From assembly GCA_030704615.1 (NCBI GenBank), contig CM060731.1:35216001-35280000 (forward strand): a stretch of DNA of 64,000 nucleotides. The letters are read 5' to 3'. The position numbers and the translations under genes were made by a program. The notes under the pieces are model-generated. The model saw nothing but the letters and a program-made list of their open reading frames with translations. It had not been told where the DNA came from and searched no databases. Below, one piece after another: positions 60,078-64,000 of the stretch. The DNA comes from Takakia lepidozioides (lineage: Eukaryota > Plantae > Bryophyta). The stretch's first letter is position 1. Each line of letters opens with the position of its first letter.

Positions 60078-62909
60078 GCGAGTTCCACAATCGGACAGCG
60101 TCATATACAGGGCTGTTGGGGACTTCATATGCCCGCCAAATGCACCTTCGATCCTGGCGCCTTCCACGAAACAATCCGCGAATCAGAGAGTGGGTACCTC
60201 AAAGAGAGAAGTCCGCAACGAAGTAAATCCAGAGCCGAACCCATCAATGAAGACGAGCGAGAACCGGGTTGTTCACAACCTGTCCGACTCAAATGAGGTC
60301 ATGGAAGTTCCGAGATCATCCTGGAGATCAGGCAAGTCCTAAATGGACATCAGCGGACGAGGGAGTCATATTCCCAGCACGAGCACAACAGTTCGATCCA
60401 TTCTTGAAATTATGCGAGGGCTTCACATGGAGGGACACCGCTCGGAGCTGGCTGGGCTGGACTACAGCTAGTTCGCAATTAAATCCGTTACATGTCTTCC
60501 CGCAGATGTCGACGATAATGTCTTCTTTGAGTTCCTTCCTCGGACGGACTACTCGAGGGCGTCCGGAATGTTGACAGATATGGATAGAAAACATAACGGT
60601 CATCTTTGGTGCGTCACCAAAACCACCAGCATGAAGATGCTCGATAACAGAAAATTGGGTGTGGTTCGGATGTGCACTCAATTCTGGAGGTGAAGCGACG
60701 ATGTGGATATGACTACATTCATGGAAGTAGGTTTCCAGGACAAGGGACTGAGGCAAATCGTTGTTTCGTATTCAAAATGTCAACGTGTGGGCCTGGCAGT
60801 GGCGTCGAACAAGTCGACCGGATGACAAGTGGGAACTTATCAAACAGTTGGGTCATGTTTGACCATATCAAGCGAATTACAAATCACCAATGGGTGACAA
60901 TGGGTGCACATGTCTACGACACCCACTGCAGGATGCTAATGACAATTGCTATTTGTGAGATGAAAGGAGAGGACAGACAATCGGAGATGCTATTTTGGCA
61001 GGGAATACACGAACAGATGGCCAGGGCGGGATTGCCCCCTCCCAATTTCCGTGGTTTCATGGCGGACAACGCACAAGCAAATTGGGCTACCATCCGAATG
61101 GTGTACGGGCAAGACCCCAATGTTCCGATGGAAGGCAAGGAGAGATCTTGTGGGTTCCATTTTTTGCAGAGCTTGTCGCAGTACACAACCAGGCTCGTGG
61201 CGCTAGATTTCATAGAGGAGCACCGTTCCATGTGTCTTGCGTGGAAGCGCGCTCCCACCTTGGATGATGCCGAGACACAGTTTGCATGTATACGGGCTTG
61301 GTGGACATCGTCAGGTGCTGTACAAAAATCAGACGAGGGAGCAATTGTCAGTTGGCTAGCATGGTGGCATTATCGTTTCCTCCAGTTCGGCGACTATATG
61401 CGGGAGGTGGGTTGGACAAATTTGCGAACGTTGAATATTATGCTAGTCATTATTTGTAACTTGCTTGTAACCTCAACATGTGCATGTGCAGGAAATGTGT
61501 CTCGACTCCGACACTGACATGCTGATGACAAACATGGCTGAATCAGTGCATTCTTCCTGGCGTGCCTCCTCTGCGGCGCATCTGGTGGACATCCCCACTG
61601 CCACAACGGAGGACATTGTGAGGTCAATTATGCAGCAATGCAGGTACAACGAGTTCTTGACAGAGAAACAGTGGGGCTTTTGGCCAGACAGGCAAGAGAT
61701 GCTGATGTGGACTGCCTCCAGATCGAAGAATCCTCGGAAGTGGGCGGCGGCCTTGCGAGAGGGCCTTCGGGACACGCCATTGCTTCAAAGTGGCCAACAC
61801 TTGGAAGGAGATGTTCATACCCGTCCAGTGAGACGAAGACTTGACGAGGCACCTAGCGGAGAAGAGGATTCATGGCGAGCTGACAAGAATATTCGCACGC
61901 TCCCTCGTGGTTCCATGATGTTGCCCGAGGAGGTCTCGTTGAGCACCGCAAGTCTTGCACGTTCAAGATCGCCATCTCCTTTGAGCACAGGGCACGTACC
62001 CGGGGAACATATGAGCCATCTGTAGTAACGCAGTACAACATTCCCATTGTAGAGACAAGAGTGTCGGAGTCACAGTGGAGAATTGCAAGGACATTGTCGG
62101 CATTTCGAGGGAAATGCTGCGCCATCCGGGTGGATATGAGAGCACGTTGTGGCGAGATGATTCGGAGAAACCCACACGGTGCTATACCTGTACCTTGTTT
62201 CAGCGGCAGATTTTTGACTCCCACATTTGCTCACGCCACAACGCAGACGTTTTGGTTCTGTAGGCACGACATAATGACCTGTGTATTTGGCAAGCCCAAG
62301 TACGAGATTCAAGGAATGCCGGAGCCTCCGGCGTCTGGCCTATCGCACCGGGTTGCAACCTCTCTCAGAATGAGGCGGATGCTCTTTCTGCAGCAGGATT
62401 TCGAATGGTGCAACGCACAGACGTCCCGGCCCACGCATTTCTAGTTCTTCAGACCCAGCCATTGCAGACTGATCGGTCCAGTAGAGACAGATTGGACAAT
62501 TCTGCACATCCCACAATGCGATTCGGAAGAGTGAAGAGACGACAACCTCCCATCAAGTTGAATGAGACTCGGATTGCCAATGCTCTTGGGATGGCTTGCA
62601 CTATTCAGAGCTCCGTGGACGTACCCCCACCTGGCCTTGGGCGTGTTTATCGAATGGCAATGGCCGGCTCGGCTGTACGCGACAGACGTATACACAATTA
62701 CGATTGGAGTGGAGCCCACTTGCAATTGTACGGATTTCTCGTTGATGGAAGCAAAGAAGGGTTCAAAGTATTATCCGTGCAAGCATCTGTATTTCATTTA
62801 CCTGAAGAGGTTGAGGATGAACTTGACTATTGATGACTTTATTCATGCACCAGGGTTGAGCGTGAACGAGCTGCACAAACTCCTCCTTAGGGATTCCAGA
62901 AATCATTGA
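59806..62909 (+). pseudogene. Mutator-like DDE transposase with C-terminal SWIM zinc finger (intron ~61407-61490; stops and frameshifts)
   Basis: WVMFDHIKR (D1), FRGFMADNAQANW (D2), ERSCGFHF (CxxH), MTNMAESVH (E), TCNCTDF..PCKHLYFI (SWIM). Confidence 0.85.
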
Positions 62910-63059
62910 TGGGGCAAAGAGAATCCAGCATATGAATATTTTCAATTGCATTTTGATGCATCGGACTTTGTTTTTAAATCCACCCCAAAACTCCTGGAAT
63001 GAGACAGGCAATATTCCTGAAAACTGAGTTCCAACAGTAGCAGTTGTGGGGCTATTTCT

Positions 63060-63400
63060 GGAGAAATGGCGCCGAATTTCCCTATTTTGGGCCGAAAACT
63101 GGCTAAGTCCCAACATGCACGGGAACCATGTTTGGAAAAATGGCGCCGAATTTCCAATTACATGGCCCAATACTGCCCAACATCTGTGCAATCCCCGGCA
63201 CCATGCACCGAAAATCGGCGCCACATTTCAAAATTTTGGGCTTACACACCTGTCATGTCGGGACCTATAGCCGCGAAATTCGGCACCATTTTTCACCGGA
63301 GATACCTATTACCGCGAAAAACGTCGTAGATTTTTCTGGTTGCGGACCTTATTGCCGCGAAATTCGGCGCCATTTTTGCAAATATCGCTCGGAATTCGCA
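63060..63400. repeat. Subterminal cluster of the AAATGGCGCCGAATTTCC motif
   Basis: Copies at 63064 and 63137, and inverted at 63276 and 63359; includes AAAACTGGCTAAGTCCC as in 50510-51020. Confidence 0.85.
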
Positions 63401-63608
63401 TGAGCGGAAGACGAAATATCATGAGCACGGATCTCAAAAATAAAATATTCCCTTCAAAAAATGAATAATATATTGGTTTTTTCTGACACATTCCATTAAA
63501 ATAATGTTTTTTATGTTTTTTATTTCTAGAATTTGTACTTCTGCTCATGAAAACCGATTGTCTTGCTACTCCGCTCATGCCGCTCATGCTCATGAAATAG
63601 CTAACCTC

Positions 63609-63900
63609 TTGTAGAGGAGCTGCATGTGTGTGGGCCCATAGCTAACCGTTGGATGTACCCCATGGAGAGGTACATGAAGGATCTGAAGGGGTATGTACGC
63701 AACATGACACGGCCAGAGGGGAGTATGGCGGAGGGCTACATCCGTGACGAAGCCATGGGCTTCATGACAGAGTATATGTCTTCATTTGATGCAACACAAC
63801 GACGGGTGTGGGACGAGAACGAGGAAGAAGGGGATGTGGCACATGATTATGTGCTGAACAACACAACAACCATGACACCATGGAGAGAGTGGGTGTAAAT
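63609..63900 (+). mobile_element. CACTA/EnSpm transposase fragment (DUF4218-like)
   Basis: LVEELHVCGPIANRWMYPMERYMKDLKGYVRNMTRPEGSMAEGY. Confidence 0.85.
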
Positions 63901-64000
63901 TTACATCCCTCCTGTGCTTTTCTTAATGGTCTTTGTATGTTGGAATTACATATATACTGTCACAAGTCATTCTGGCCACTATGGGAGTGGGATCGTGTTC

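Larger units (their letters stand above)
47857..63608. mobile_element. Candidate large Mutator-like (MULE) DNA transposon with accessory ParB/amino-MTase gene and a nested chromovirus
   Basis: Inverted ends GGGGGCTGTTATTTCATGAGCGGCATGAGCATGAGCGG (47857) and the reverse complement GAGGTTAGCTATTTCATGAGCATGAGCGGCATGAGCGG (63608); the same GGCGCC motif occurs in three internal clusters; DDE+SWIM transposase; no TSD found. Confidence 0.6.

Noticed and set aside
47848-63616. CACTA-type termini (CACCACAAC ... CTTGTAGAG) for the large element
   Set aside because: Both deviate from CACTA, there is no 3 bp TSD, the right-hand bases read as LVEEL of the flanking CACTA transposase, and the internal transposase is MULE-type

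Overview
Eukaryotic nuclear DNA from a land plant, most likely a non-seed plant (bryophyte, lycophyte or fern). This is inferred from spliceosomal introns, a PLS-DYW PPR cluster, a half-tRNA-primed copia element and the transposase types. The only clearly intact coding sequence is a PLS-E-DYW PPR RNA-editing factor (20746-23292). It has three decayed paralogues and upstream exons encoding an OSB-type PDF ssDNA-binding motif. There is also an orphan last exon of a PTI1-like kinase. The rest is nested, mostly decayed transposons: RNaseH+RLE LINE fragments, tRNA-derived SINEs, a Crypton-like tyrosine recombinase, a full-length Ty1/copia with LTRs and TSD, Ogre/Tat-like and chromovirus Ty3/gypsy fragments, and a CACTA fragment. 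Two unrelated elements each carry a DNA methyltransferase. (i) A Ty3/gypsy has a DNMT3-like C5-MTase in Pol between protease and RT, plus the start of a PHD finger after integrase (12838-18510). (ii) A ~15.7 kb Mutator-like element (47857-63608) has a SWIM-bearing DDE transposase set divergently to an intron-containing gene that joins a ParB/Srx-like domain to a beta-class N4/N6 amino-methyltransferase-like domain, with arrays of a GGCGCC-centred palindrome. All domain calls are by eye from motifs and no database searches were run.
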